Part shown: positions 36,033-45,895 of the stretch, in pieces
How the letters are laid out: every line of letters begins with the position of its first letter
Position numbering within the stretch: the stretch's first letter is position 1
Assembly: GCA_965277785.1 (NCBI GenBank)
Contig: CBDIDP010000014.1
Coordinates: 570,299 to 634,298 of the forward strand
Source: Caulobacteraceae bacterium
Lineage (GTDB): Bacteria; Pseudomonadota; Alphaproteobacteria; Caulobacterales; Caulobacteraceae
DNA length: 64,000 nucleotides
Direction: 5' to 3'
Translations under genes and position numbers: made by a program
The notes under the pieces: model-generated
Database searches by the model: none
Seen by the model: the letters and a program-made list of their open reading frames with translations, nothing else
Told to the model about the DNA's origin: nothing

Positions 36033-36968
36033 TCAAGCCACCCTAACCACACCCGCCCCGCCAACTCCACACTCCAGGCTCTCCCGATCCCATCGCCTCC
36101 CATCCGCCGCCGCCGCATAGGTCGCGTTGAGGAACCCCATCACCGCCGCCTCCGGGTCCGCCGCCGCCCGGGCCGCCGCCCACGGCAGCACATACTCCCC
36201 CAACGCCGCGTCGAACCGCGCGCCCTCCACCGCGATCTCCGCCTCCCGGAACCCCGGCGGTTCGGGGTAGGCGTAGCTGTAGAACACCGCCTCCTCCGCG
36301 CCCGGACCACCGGGCCAGAAGCCGGCGCTGCTGACTTCGTGGGAGTAGGCTTCGCGGGCGACGGCGTCGGGCAGGTGGGGGATGCCGCCGGGATGGGGCG
36401 GCGCGCGGCGGCCGGAGAAGCGGGTCACGGCGAGGTCGAAGCTGCCCCAGAAGAAGTGTGCGGGGCTGGCCTTGCCGAGGAAGGCGGTACGGAAGGTCTT
36501 CAAGATGCGGTCGGCGGTGAGCAGCACGCGGTGAAAATTGCGCGCGACAGCGGGGTCGTAGGCGCGCGGCGCGGTGTCGTCGCGGAACGGCGTCGCCTCG
36601 GGCAGTTCGTTCGGCGCGCCGTCGATGGTCACCGGCACGCCGAGGTCGCGCAGGGTGTGGAGCAAGCGATCGTGGAACGCCGCCACCGTCAGGCCGGGGA
36701 TCGCGAACGCCGCGGCCTCCGCCTCCGTCCGCACCCGCAGGGCGCCGTCGATCAGGTCGAACTCGACATCGAACGCCCGATCGCCGTGCGGGACGAGGCC
36801 GGTGGTCAGGCCGCGCGGCGAGACATAGAGCGGCACGCTCCAGGAATGGTTCAGCCACGGCGTTTGGCTGAGGCGCGCCTTGCCGACGATCTGGGTGAAC
36901 AGGTGCAGGGCGCGAAGGGTCTCGGCGCTCGACGTGTAATCGAGTTCGGGCCAGGCGGGCGACGGCAT
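36033..36968 (-). CDS. DUF5996 family protein
   Basis: QIVGK.RL..TPWLNHSW, FWGSFDLAVTRFSGR.AP.HPGG, AYSHEVSSAGFWPG. Confidence 0.85.
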   Translation of the reverse strand: MPSPAWPELDYTSSAETLRALHLFTQIVGKARLSQTPWLNHSWSVPLYVSPRGLTTGLVPHGDRAFDVEFDLIDGALRVRTEAEAAAFAIPGLTVAAFHDRLLHTLRDLGVPVTIDGAPNELPEATPFRDDTAPRAYDPAVARNFHRVLLTADRILKTFRTAFLGKASPAHFFWGSFDLAVTRFSGRRAPPHPGGIPHLPDAVAREAYSHEVSSAGFWPGGPGAEEAVFYSYAYPEPPGFREAEIAVEGARFDAALGEYVLPWAAARAAADPEAAVMGFLNATYAAAADGRRWDRESLECGVGGAGVVRVA

Positions 36969-37017
36969 GGGCCTTATCCTTGAAAAAGGTCTCCCCCTCC
37001 GGAATTAAGACAGCGGC

Positions 37018-37671
37018 TTATCCGAACAAGTCTCGCGACGGGCAGAGATCGGCCACCACGCATTCGGCGCACTTCGGTTTGCGCGCGACGCAGACATAGC
37101 GGCCGTGCAGGATCAGCCAGTGGTGGGCGCGGGTCAGGCGGTCCTTCGGCACGAGTCGCATCAGGTCGGCTTCGACCTTGTCCGGCGTGGCGCCGTTCGA
37201 GAGTTTCAGCCGGTGCGACACGCGGAAGACGTGGGTGTCCACGGCGATGGCGGTCTCGGCGCCCAGTTCGTTGAGCACCACGCTGGCGGTTTTGCGCCCG
37301 ACGCCAGGCAGGGCTTGCAGCGCCTCGCGGTTCAGCGGAACCTCGCCGCCGTATTGTTCGAGCAGGATGCGGCACAGGGCGATGACGTTTTTAGCCTTCG
37401 TCCTGTAGAGCCCGATGGAGGCGATGAACGGGGTCAGGCCCGCCTCGCCCAGCGCCAGGATCGCCTCCGGCGTCGCCGCCCGGGCGTAGAGCACCTCCGT
37501 CGCCCGGTTCACCGAGGCGTCGGTGGCCTGGGCCGACAGCACGACCGACACCAGGAGCTGGAACGGCGAGCCGTGGCGCAGTTCGCCCCTGGGCTCGGGC
37601 GTCGCGGCGGCGAAGCAGTCGAAGATCTCCTGGGCGCGGCGACGCAGGGCGGGCGAGAGTCGGGTCGGCAT
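37018..37671 (-). CDS. nth: Endonuclease III
   Basis: VVLSAQATD, HhH LPGVGRKTA, VDTHVFRV, CVARKPKCAECVVADLC 4Fe-4S motif. Confidence 0.97.
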   Translation of the reverse strand: MPTRLSPALRRRAQEIFDCFAAATPEPRGELRHGSPFQLLVSVVLSAQATDASVNRATEVLYARAATPEAILALGEAGLTPFIASIGLYRTKAKNVIALCRILLEQYGGEVPLNREALQALPGVGRKTASVVLNELGAETAIAVDTHVFRVSHRLKLSNGATPDKVEADLMRLVPKDRLTRAHHWLILHGRYVCVARKPKCAECVVADLCPSRDLFG

Positions 37672-37735
37672 GATCGCGGTGTCCGACGTTTCGCCGCTCT
37701 CGCCAAGCCACCGAGCGCGGGCTAGAGACCCGGCG

Positions 37736-38215
37736 ATGGACGGTCCCTATTTCATGGACGCGGTGATCACCCCCAACCGCTCCCTCTCCCGCAAGGGCTT
37801 CATCATCCTGATCAGCGTGATGACGGCGATCAACGCGGCGATCGCCGCGTTTTTCTTCGCCATCGGCGCGGCGCCGATCCCGGTCTTTCTCGGAGTCGAT
37901 CTCGTCGCCGTGGTTGTCGCCTTCGCCGTCAGCCGCGGCGCCGGCGCCAACGAGCGGATTCAGGTCACGGCGGCGGAGGTGAGGGTGCTGATGCTGAGCC
38001 GCGAGGGGGCTGAGCACATCGTCTGGACCTCGCCTACCGCCTTCACCGAGGTCGATCTCGCCGGCGACGCCGGAGACGCCACCGACCTTTCGCTGCGCCT
38101 GTCCGACCGCCGCCTGCCGGTGGCCAAGACGCTGAGCCGGCCCGAACGGCTGGCCTTCGCCCAGGCGCTGCACGAGGCGATCCGCCAAGCGCGCATCGGT
38201 GGGGTCTGGGCATGA
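37736..38215 (+). CDS. DUF2244 family membrane protein
   Basis: ITPNRSLSRKGF, LS.PER..FA.AL; divergent from nth. Confidence 0.85.
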   Translation: MDGPYFMDAVITPNRSLSRKGFIILISVMTAINAAIAAFFFAIGAAPIPVFLGVDLVAVVVAFAVSRGAGANERIQVTAAEVRVLMLSREGAEHIVWTSPTAFTEVDLAGDAGDATDLSLRLSDRRLPVAKTLSRPERLAFAQALHEAIRQARIGGVWA

Positions 38216-39699
38216 TATCTCCGGCGGACGATCTCGCGGGGGTGATGGATCGCCTCGGCGTTCCGGCGTCGCACTGGCGCGCCGGACCCATCCCCGCCAC
38301 CTCGCCGATCGACGGAGAGCGGATCGGCGGCGTGACCTGGAGCGAGACGGAGGACGCGACCGCCGCGATCGAGCGCGCCCACACCGCCTTTCTGGCGTGG
38401 CGCGACGTCCCCGCGCCCCGGCGCGGCGAACTGGTCCGCCTGCTGGGGGAGGAGCTCCGCGCCGCCAAGACCGATCTCGGACGGCTGGTCACCCTGGAGG
38501 GCGGCAAGGTGGTCTCCGAAGGGCTCGGCGAGGTCCAGGAGATGATCGACATCTGCGACTACGCCGTCGGCCTGTCGCGCCAACTGTTCGGCCTGACCAT
38601 CGCCACCGAGCGGGCGCATCACCGGATGATGGAGACCTGGCGCCCGCTGGGCGTGGTCGGGGTGATCTCGGCGTTCAACTTCCCGGTCGCGGTCTGGGCG
38701 TGGAACGCGGCCCTGGCGCTGGTCTGCGGCGACGCCGTGGTGTGGAAGCCGTCCGAGAAGACGCCGCTGACCGCCGTCGCGGTCCATGCGATCTTCGAGC
38801 GCGCGGCGGCACGGTTCGGCGACGCGCCGGCTGGCCTGTGCGAACTGCTGCTCGGCGGACGGGAGGTCGGCGAGGCGTTGGTCGATCACCCCCGGGTCGC
38901 CCTCGTCTCGGCCACCGGGTCGACCGCCATGGGCCGCGCGGTGGGACCGCGCCTCGCCACCCGTTTCGCGCGGGCCTTGCTGGAATTGGGCGGCAACAAC
39001 GCCGCCATCGTCGCGCCGAGCGCCGATCTCGACCTCGCCTTGCGCGGCGTGGCCTTTGCCGCGATGGGCACGGCCGGACAGCGCTGCACCACCCTGCGCC
39101 GGCTGTTCGTCCATCGCGACATCTACCCGGATTTCGTCGGACGTTTGAAGCGGGCGTACGCCTCGGTCAGCGTCGGCGATCCGCGCGAAGACGGCGTACT
39201 GGTCGGCCCGTTGATCGACGAGGCGGCGTTGGCGGCGATGACCGCCGCGCTTGGCGAGGTCGGAGGCGCCGTCAGCGGCGGCGAGCGGGTCGACCGCGCC
39301 GGATGTTACGTCCACCCCGCCGTGGTCGAGGTCGGCGCCCAGAACGACGCGGTGCGCCGCGAGACCTTCGCCCCCATCCTCTACGTCATGGCCTACGATA
39401 CGCTGGACGAGGCCATCGCCCTGCAGAACGACGTCGCCCAGGGGCTGTCGTCGTCGATCTTCACCACCGACCTGCGCGAGGCCGAACGCTTCCTCGCCGC
39501 CTCCGACTGCGGCATCGCCAACGTCAATATCGGTCCCTCCGGCGCCGAGATCGGCGGGGCCTTCGGCGGGGAGAAGGAGACCGGCGGTGGACGCGAGTCA
39601 GGCTCGGATAGCTGGCGGGCGTACATGCGGAGAGCGACCAATACGGTGAACTACGGCGATACCTTGCCGCTGGCGCAGGGGGTGGAGTTTGAGATTTAG
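38212..39699 (+). CDS. Aldehyde dehydrogenase, ALDH7/piperideine-6-carboxylate dehydrogenase-like
   Basis: SAFNFPVAVW, LELGGNNA, GQRCTT, IGGAFGGEKETGGGRESGSD. Confidence 0.9.
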   Translation: MISPADDLAGVMDRLGVPASHWRAGPIPATSPIDGERIGGVTWSETEDATAAIERAHTAFLAWRDVPAPRRGELVRLLGEELRAAKTDLGRLVTLEGGKVVSEGLGEVQEMIDICDYAVGLSRQLFGLTIATERAHHRMMETWRPLGVVGVISAFNFPVAVWAWNAALALVCGDAVVWKPSEKTPLTAVAVHAIFERAAARFGDAPAGLCELLLGGREVGEALVDHPRVALVSATGSTAMGRAVGPRLATRFARALLELGGNNAAIVAPSADLDLALRGVAFAAMGTAGQRCTTLRRLFVHRDIYPDFVGRLKRAYASVSVGDPREDGVLVGPLIDEAALAAMTAALGEVGGAVSGGERVDRAGCYVHPAVVEVGAQNDAVRRETFAPILYVMAYDTLDEAIALQNDVAQGLSSSIFTTDLREAERFLAASDCGIANVNIGPSGAEIGGAFGGEKETGGGRESGSDSWRAYMRRATNTVNYGDTLPLAQGVEFEI

Positions 39700-39720
39700 A
39701 CTAGTCTAGGCGGCGGCTTT

Positions 39721-39871
39721 GCGCCCCCTCCGTCACGGCGCGAGAAAGAGCGCCGCGCCACCTCCCCCGCAAGCGGGCGGGTGAGGAGTAGACATTTCTT
39801 AATCCTCCCACGCCCTCTCGCGGGGGAGGTGGCGCTCGACGCCCTCTCGCGTCGGGTGACGGAGGGGGCGC
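39721..39871. repeat. Family B palindromic repeat between convergent genes
   Basis: GCGCCCCCTCCGTCAC...GTGACGGAGGGGGCGC. Confidence 0.85.
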
Positions 39872-39885
39872 GGGGCCGCCACCGC

Positions 39886-40236
39886 TCAGCCGGTGATTAT
39901 GGTGTCTTCCTTCACAGTCACCACCCACTCCCGCAACGCCTGCCCCGCGCACGGGCCACCCACGCATCGTCCGTCCTCGACCCTGAACAACGCGCCGTGC
40001 GAGCTACAGAGGATGTAGTCACCCTCCCGTGTCAGATAGCGGTCCGGCGCCAACGCCAGCGGCATGCCCGCGTGGGGGCAGCGGTCGATGTAGCCAACCA
40101 CGCTTTCCCCGCGCCTGACGACAAAGCCGAGGAACAGCGCCTCACCCTCGCGGAACAGGAAGCCCTTCGAACCCGGGTCGGCGATCTCATCCAGCGCGCA
40201 GAGGCGGGTTCCCGGCGGCGGCTGGGCAGGGTTCAC
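39886..40236 (-). CDS. Rieske 2Fe-2S protein
   Basis: CPHAG...CSSHGALF...GPC; GTG overlaps the yciI-like stop. Confidence 0.9.
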   Translation of the reverse strand: MNPAQPPPGTRLCALDEIADPGSKGFLFREGEALFLGFVVRRGESVVGYIDRCPHAGMPLALAPDRYLTREGDYILCSSHGALFRVEDGRCVGGPCAGQALREWVVTVKEDTIITG

Positions 40237-40517
40237 GGCGCTCCGACGGTCCGGCGCCAGGGCAGGATCTCGACGCTCTCCCATAGTCCGGCCAGGCTGT
40301 ACGGATCGGCGGCGTTGAACGCCTCGACCTCGGCCCGGCTCTCCGCTTCGAGGAAAAACACCGAACCGGCCATGGTGCCGCCGTTGGTCAGCATCGGGCC
40401 GGCGCGGATCACCTTCGCCATGTTGTCGCCGACCCAGGCCAGGTGCTTCTCCCGTGTCGCCATGCGCAGGTCGAGGGCGCCGGGCTTGTCGCGGCAGATC
40501 AGGATGAAGCTCGCCAT
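40233..40517 (-). CDS. YciI family protein
   Basis: CRDKPG..DLRMATREKHL, AGPML, DPYSLAG. Confidence 0.9.
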   Translation of the reverse strand: MASFILICRDKPGALDLRMATREKHLAWVGDNMAKVIRAGPMLTNGGTMAGSVFFLEAESRAEVEAFNAADPYSLAGLWESVEILPWRRTVGAP

Positions 40518-40524
40518 GTCGATC

Positions 40525-41514
40525 TCAGCTTTCTTCCTTGAGGGGCCGCGCGAGCAGGGCGGCGATCACCGGGTCGACCTCCGCTTCGCCGGACAGGATG
40601 GCGTGGACGGCGGCGCAGATCGGGACTTCGACGCCGACGCGGGCGGCGAGCTGAACCACCGCGGGCGCGGACGCCACGCCCTCGGCCACGCTCGTCTTGC
40701 CGGCCAGGGCGTGTTCCAGCGACTCGCCGCGGCCGAGCGCCAGTCCCACGCTCATGTTGCGCGACTGAAGGCTGGAGCAGGTCAGGACAAGATCGCCCAG
40801 ACCGCACAGGCCGGCGACCGTCTCCGCCTCGCCGCCGAGCGCCACCGCCAGCCGGGTCAGTTCGGCGAAGCCCCGCGTGATCAGGGCGGCGTGGGCGCTG
40901 CGGCCGAGCGCCCTCCCTTCGACGATGCCGCAGGCGATGGCGAGGACGTTCTTCACCGCCCCGCCGGCCTCCGCGCCGATCATGTCGTCGGTGACGTAGG
41001 GGCGGAACGACGGCGTCGCGATATCGTGGGCAAGCTCGTGCGCCACGGCCACGTCCGCCGCCGCGAGGGTGATCGCGGTCGGCAGCCCCCGCGCGACCTC
41101 GCCGGCGAAACTCGGTCCCGACAGCACCGCCGGCGCGGCATCCGGCAGCACCTCGGCCAGAACCTCGGTCATCAGCTTGAGCGAGCCCTGCTCCACGCCC
41201 TTTGCGCAGAGCACGACCGGCAGGCCGGCGCGCGCGTGCGGGGCGAAGGCTTCGAGGCTGGAGCGCAGGTGCTGGGCCGGAGCGACCGCGAGAACGAAGT
41301 CGCTGTCCGCCAGACCGGCTGGATCAGGCGCGGCGCGGATTGTCGGATCGAGATCGACGCCGGGCAGGAAGATCGAATTGCGGTGTTCGACGTTGATCGC
41401 CTCGACCACCTCGGTCTCCCGCGCCCACAGCGCGACCCCGAGCCCGGCGCGCGCGCAAACCTGGGCCAGGGCGGTTCCCCAGGCGCCGCCGCCGATGATC
41501 CCCACCCGCTTCAC
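40525..41514 (-). CDS. gpsA: NAD(P)H-dependent glycerol-3-phosphate dehydrogenase
   Basis: [38 protein letters not shown]. Confidence 0.95.
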   Translation of the reverse strand: MKRVGIIGGGAWGTALAQVCARAGLGVALWARETEVVEAINVEHRNSIFLPGVDLDPTIRAAPDPAGLADSDFVLAVAPAQHLRSSLEAFAPHARAGLPVVLCAKGVEQGSLKLMTEVLAEVLPDAAPAVLSGPSFAGEVARGLPTAITLAAADVAVAHELAHDIATPSFRPYVTDDMIGAEAGGAVKNVLAIACGIVEGRALGRSAHAALITRGFAELTRLAVALGGEAETVAGLCGLGDLVLTCSSLQSRNMSVGLALGRGESLEHALAGKTSVAEGVASAPAVVQLAARVGVEVPICAAVHAILSGEAEVDPVIAALLARPLKEES

Positions 41515-42605
41515 GCCTTGGCGCCCTTGCGGCCGGGGACGTGGGTGGGGTTGAGGCGAGCGGCGTCCTCGTCGAGCGGCCAGCGCGGACGGGCGACCAC
41601 GTCCAGGCCATCGGTCCTTCCGGCGGCCAGCCGCTCGGCGCCGGCGAGGGCGATCATCGCGGCGTTGTCGGTGCAGTATTCCAGCGGCGGCGCGTCGAAC
41701 GTGAAGCCTTCGCGCTCGGCGAGGCCGCGCAGCGCCGCCCGCACCGAGCCGTTGGCCGCGACCCCGCCGGCGACCACCAGCCGCCGGTTCCGGCCGTCGT
41801 GGGTGTCGAGATAGGTCTCGATGGCGACGGCCGTCCGTTCGGTGAGTTGGCGGGCGATGGCGACCTGCGCCGCGGCCGCGAGGTCGCGGCGGTCCTCATC
41901 GGTGGTGATCCCATCGGCCAGCCGCGCGGCCGCGGTCTTCAGGCCGGAGAACGAGAAGTCGCAGCCGGCCCGGCCGAGCAGGGCGCGGGGCAGCGGGAAG
42001 CGCGAAGCGTCGCCGCCTTGCGCCAGCCGCTCCAGCGCCGGTCCCGCCGGATAGGGTAGGCCGAGCGCGCCGCCGATCTTGTCGAACGCCTCTCCGGCCG
42101 CGTCGTCGATGGTCGATCCTAGTCGCCGGCAGGCGCCGATCCCCGCCACCTCGAGGAGCTGGCAGTGTCCGCCGGAAACCAGCAAAAGGAGGAAGGGATA
42201 CGGGATGTCCGCTGTCAGCCGCGCCGAGACCGCATGGCCTTCGAGATGATTGACGGCCACGAGGGGCAGGTCGAGCGCCAGGGCCATGGCCTTGCCGAAC
42301 GACAAGCCGACCATGACACCACCGACCAGCCCGGGTCCCGCTGTCGCGGCGATCCCGTCCAGGTCTCGCGGAGCGGCGCCCGCATCGCTCAGCGCTCGTG
42401 CCACAACGGCGTCGATCGCCTCCACGTGGGCCCGGGCCGCGATCTCGGGGACCACGCCGCCATAGGGCGCGTGCTCGACGATCTGGCTGAGCACGACCGA
42501 GGAAGCGACCTCCACGCCGCCGTCTCCGCCCAGGCGCACCACCGCCGCGGCGGTCTCGTCGCAGCTCGTCTCGATGCCGAGGACGGTCAGAGTGGGAGAG
42601 GACAA
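41511..42605 (-). CDS. tsaD: tRNA N6-threonylcarbamoyltransferase TsaD
   Basis: [44 protein letters not shown]; TTG start uncertain. Confidence 0.95.
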   Translation of the reverse strand: MSSPTLTVLGIETSCDETAAAVVRLGGDGGVEVASSVVLSQIVEHAPYGGVVPEIAARAHVEAIDAVVARALSDAGAAPRDLDGIAATAGPGLVGGVMVGLSFGKAMALALDLPLVAVNHLEGHAVSARLTADIPYPFLLLLVSGGHCQLLEVAGIGACRRLGSTIDDAAGEAFDKIGGALGLPYPAGPALERLAQGGDASRFPLPRALLGRAGCDFSFSGLKTAAARLADGITTDEDRRDLAAAAQVAIARQLTERTAVAIETYLDTHDGRNRRLVVAGGVAANGSVRAALRGLAEREGFTFDAPPLEYCTDNAAMIALAGAERLAAGRTDGLDVVARPRWPLDEDAARLNPTHVPGRKGAKA

Positions 42606-42659
42606 GATGGCCTGTCGCGACGTTGCCGGGGAAGGCCGGTTGGCGTAGCTCACGGCGCC

Positions 42660-43592
42660 ATGACCATGCAACCGATCCTCATCGGCACGCGGGGCTCCCG
42701 CCTCGCCCTTGCCCAGGCCGATACGGTCCGCGCGCGGATCGCCCAAGCCCTCGGCGGCGACGACATGGCGCGGCTGGAGGTCATCACCACCTCCGGCGAC
42801 CGCATCCAGGACCGCACCCTGACCGAGATCGGCGGCAAGGGCCTGTTTACTCTGGAAATCGAGCAGGCGCTGCTGTCAGGCCGCATCCACTGCGCGATCC
42901 ACTCGCTGAAAGACATGCCGGCGGAGGGGCCGCCCGGCCTCACCCTCGCCGCCATCCCGGAGCGCGAAGACCCGCGCGACGCCTTTCTCGGCGTCAATCA
43001 CCAGACGCTGGCCGAGCTGCCGCCGGGAGCGCGGCTCGGCACCGCCAGCCTGCGCCGTCAGGCCCAGTGCCTGCACGACCGGCCGGACCTCGGCATCGTC
43101 AACCTGCGCGGCAACATCGACACCCGGATCGGCAAGATGGCGGCCGGCGAGGCCGACGCCATCCTTCTCGCCATGGCTGGACTCAACCGCCTCGGCCTCG
43201 CCCACCACGCCAGCGGGGTCATCGATCCGGTGTCAAGCCCGCCCGCGCCGGGACAGGGCGCCCTGGCGGTGCAAAGCCGGATCGAAGACTCGGACGCGCC
43301 GTGGCTGGATGCGATCCGGCACCGCGAGACCACCATCGCCGTCGCCGCCGAACGCGGGGCCCTCGTCGCGCTGGAGGGGTCGTGCAAGACCGCCATCGGC
43401 GCCTACGGCGTCCTCGACGGCGACCGCCTGACCCTGATCGTGGAGGCGCTAACCCCGCGCGGGGAGCGCCGCTTCCGGCGCACCGGCGAGGCCGATGTCG
43501 GCGGGGCGGACGGCGAGGCGACGGCGCGGGCGCTGGGCCTGAGCCTCGGCCGCTCGATCCATGCCGAGGCCGGCGACCTGCTGTTGGCGTGA
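42660..43592 (+). CDS. hemC: Hydroxymethylbilane synthase
   Basis: IGTRGSRLALAQ, GGKGLFT.EIE, HSLKD, GTASLRR, RGNIDTR. Confidence 0.95.
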   Translation: MTMQPILIGTRGSRLALAQADTVRARIAQALGGDDMARLEVITTSGDRIQDRTLTEIGGKGLFTLEIEQALLSGRIHCAIHSLKDMPAEGPPGLTLAAIPEREDPRDAFLGVNHQTLAELPPGARLGTASLRRQAQCLHDRPDLGIVNLRGNIDTRIGKMAAGEADAILLAMAGLNRLGLAHHASGVIDPVSSPPAPGQGALAVQSRIEDSDAPWLDAIRHRETTIAVAAERGALVALEGSCKTAIGAYGVLDGDRLTLIVEALTPRGERRFRRTGEADVGGADGEATARALGLSLGRSIHAEAGDLLLA

Positions 43593-44326
43593 AGACGGTC
43601 TGGGTCACCCGCACCCTGCCGGGGGCCGAGGCCACCGCCGGGCGGGTGCGGGCGGCCGGGTTCGAGCCGTTCGTCGCGCCGCTGCTGGAGGTCATGTTCG
43701 AGCCCGGCGGCCCGATCGATCTGACGGACATCACCGCCCTGGCCTTCACCAGCGCCAACGGCGCGCGGGCGTTCGCCGCCCGGTCGGCCCGGCGCGACCT
43801 GCCCGTCTTCGCCGTCGGCCGGGGGACGGCCGGCGCCGCCCGCGACGCCGGCTTCGTCGACGTCACGGCCAGCGACGGCGATGTCTTAGCCCTGGCCGAA
43901 GCCATCCCGCGCGGCGGCGTCGTGCTCCACGCCGGCGCCGCCGAACCCGCCGCCGACCTCGTCCTGGCTCTGGAGAAACGGGGCGTGGCCGCGCGGGGGA
44001 TCGTCGTCTACCGCACGGTTCCGGCGAGATTGTCGGACGCCGCTCTCGCCGCCGCCGCCACGGCCGATTTCGTGTTGCTCCAGTCGGCCAAGGCGGCCCA
44101 AGTTTTCAGCAACCTCAACCTCGATCGTCCCCGGCCGATCTGCCTCTCCGCGGCGGTGAGTCACGCGCTGGCTTCCGGAGCGCGGGCTCCCAGCCCGCAT
44201 CGATCGGCGCCGCTTTCGAGGGATCGGGAAGAGTTGCGGGCTGGGAGCCCGCGCTCCGGGATTAAGGTCGCCGTTGCTCCCACCGAGGAGGCCCTGATCG
44301 CCGCTCTCGTCGAGGCGGCCCGATGA
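43589..44326 (+). CDS. hemD: Uroporphyrinogen-III synthase carrying an in-frame repeat insertion
   Basis: WVTRTLPGA, AFTSANG, FAVGRGTA, VYRTV; GTGA overlap with hemC. Confidence 0.85.
   Translation: MKTVWVTRTLPGAEATAGRVRAAGFEPFVAPLLEVMFEPGGPIDLTDITALAFTSANGARAFAARSARRDLPVFAVGRGTAGAARDAGFVDVTASDGDVLALAEAIPRGGVVLHAGAAEPAADLVLALEKRGVAARGIVVYRTVPARLSDAALAAAATADFVLLQSAKAAQVFSNLNLDRPRPICLSAAVSHALASGARAPSPHRSAPLSRDREELRAGSPRSGIKVAVAPTEEALIAALVEAAR
44175..44259. repeat. Family D REP-like palindrome inside hemD
   Basis: Perfect 25-bp inverted repeat CCGGAGCGCGGGCTCCCAGCCCGCA / TGCGGGCTGGGAGCCCGCGCTCCGG with a 35-nt spacer. Confidence 0.9.
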
Positions 44327-44469
44327 ACGAGCCGCGCGTCCGCATCCTGTCTCCGCTCTTCTGGGCGGCCATGGTGTTCTGCCTCGCGTGCTTCGGCGGC
44401 GCGGCCTATGTCGCCCTGGCTCCGGTTCACCGACCCGCCGCCCTTGGCGTCCACCCGCGCCCGCGCTAA
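44323..44469 (+). CDS. 48-aa small membrane protein
   Basis: ATGA overlap with the hemD stop; MNEPRVRILSPLFWAAMVFCLACFGGAAYVALAP... one TM helix; below the ORF-track cutoff. Confidence 0.5.
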   Translation: MNEPRVRILSPLFWAAMVFCLACFGGAAYVALAPVHRPAALGVHPRPR

Positions 44470-44482
44470 AGGACCGGCCGAG

Positions 44483-44558
44483 GCCGCCTTAGCTCAGCCG
44501 GTAGAGCATCGCATTCGTAATGCGAGGGTCGCGTGTTCGAGTCACGCAGGCGGCGCCA
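44483..44558 (+). tRNA. tRNA-Thr (anticodon CGU)
   Basis: Acceptor GCCGCCT/AGGCGGC; D-arm GCTC/GAGC; anticodon stem TCGCA/TGCGA with loop TTCGTAA; T-arm GCGTG-TTCGAGT-CACGC; encoded CCA. Confidence 0.95.
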
Positions 44559-44627
44559 CCTGTTTGCCAGCCTTTCGCTTCCCTTTGATCCCCGGGTAAG
44601 CGCCTCCGCCTATCGCCCGGATGTCCG

Positions 44628-45887
44628 ATGACAAGGCCGCGTATCGTGATCGTCGGGGCGGGTTTCGGGGGAATGGCGGCGGTCAAGGCGTTGAAGACGG
44701 CCGACGCCGACATCACCCTGATCGACCGCGTCAACCATCATCTGTTCCAACCGCTGCTCTATCAGGTGGCGACAGCGGCGCTGTCGCCGGCCGACATCGC
44801 CACCGCAAGCCGCGCCCTGCTGAGCCGCCAGAAGAACGTCACTGTCGTCATGGGCGAGGTGATCGGCGTGGACAGCGCGCGGGGCGTGGTCGGCGTCGCG
44901 GACGCGCCGGACATGCCGTTCGACTATCTCGTGCTGGCGACCGGCGCGGCCTACAGCTTCTTCGGCAACGAGCGGTGGGCGGCCGACGCCTCCGTCCTTA
45001 AGTCCCTGGACGACGCGCTGACGATCCGGGAGCGCCTGCTCGGCGCCTTCGAGTGGGCGGAGAGCCACGCCGAAACGTGTGACATCAGTCGGGCGTTGAC
45101 CTTCGTCGTCGTCGGCGGCGGTCCGACCGGCGTCGAACTCGCGGGCACCATCGCCGAACTCTCGCGCCGGACACTCACCCGGAACTTCCGTCATATCGAT
45201 CCCGCTTCGGCGCGGATCGTCCTCTTCGAGGCGGGACCCCGGTTGCTCTCCGCGTTTCCCGAGCGCCTGTCGGCGTACGCGCGGACGGCGCTGGAGGCGC
45301 TCGGCGTGGAGGTGCGCACCGGGGTCGCGGTCGACGGGATCGACGAGCGCGGGCTCGACGCCGGGAGCGAGCGGATCGAAACGACCAACATCCTGTGGTG
45401 CGCCGGCATCGCCGCGCGGCCGGCCGCCGAATGGCTCCACGCCGAGGCGGCGCGGAACGGCGCGGTCGAGGTCGAGGGCGACTGCTCGGTTCGAGGCCAT
45501 CCGAATATCTTCGCGCTCGGCGACGTGTCGAGCCTCGACGCACCGGACGGCAAGCCGCTTCCGAGTCTCGCGCCGGTCGCCAAGCAGCAGGGGGCCTACG
45601 TCGGCCGCCTGCTCAAGGCGCGCGTCGAGGGTCGGCCGAGCCCCGCGCCCTTCCGATACCATGACTACGGAACGCTGGCGGTTATCGGTCGCTCGCGCGC
45701 CGTCGCCGACTTCGGCTGGTTGCGTCTGACGGGCTTCCCGGCTTGGCTCACCTGGTCGCTGGTGCACCTGATGCTGCTGGTCGACTTCCGCAGCCGGCTG
45801 ACGGTCTATGTCAACTGGTCCTGGGCGTGGTTCACGGGCGGCCGCGGCGCGCGACTGATGAATCGGGCTGGCACGGCGGCGATGTGA
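44628..45887 (+). CDS. Type II NADH dehydrogenase-like FAD/NAD oxidoreductase
   Basis: VGAGFGG, HLFQPLLYQVATA, VVVGGGPTGVELAG, FALGD, GTLAVIGR. Confidence 0.9.
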   Translation: MTRPRIVIVGAGFGGMAAVKALKTADADITLIDRVNHHLFQPLLYQVATAALSPADIATASRALLSRQKNVTVVMGEVIGVDSARGVVGVADAPDMPFDYLVLATGAAYSFFGNERWAADASVLKSLDDALTIRERLLGAFEWAESHAETCDISRALTFVVVGGGPTGVELAGTIAELSRRTLTRNFRHIDPASARIVLFEAGPRLLSAFPERLSAYARTALEALGVEVRTGVAVDGIDERGLDAGSERIETTNILWCAGIAARPAAEWLHAEAARNGAVEVEGDCSVRGHPNIFALGDVSSLDAPDGKPLPSLAPVAKQQGAYVGRLLKARVEGRPSPAPFRYHDYGTLAVIGRSRAVADFGWLRLTGFPAWLTWSLVHLMLLVDFRSRLTVYVNWSWAWFTGGRGARLMNRAGTAAM

Positions 45888-45895
45888 CGGACTTT

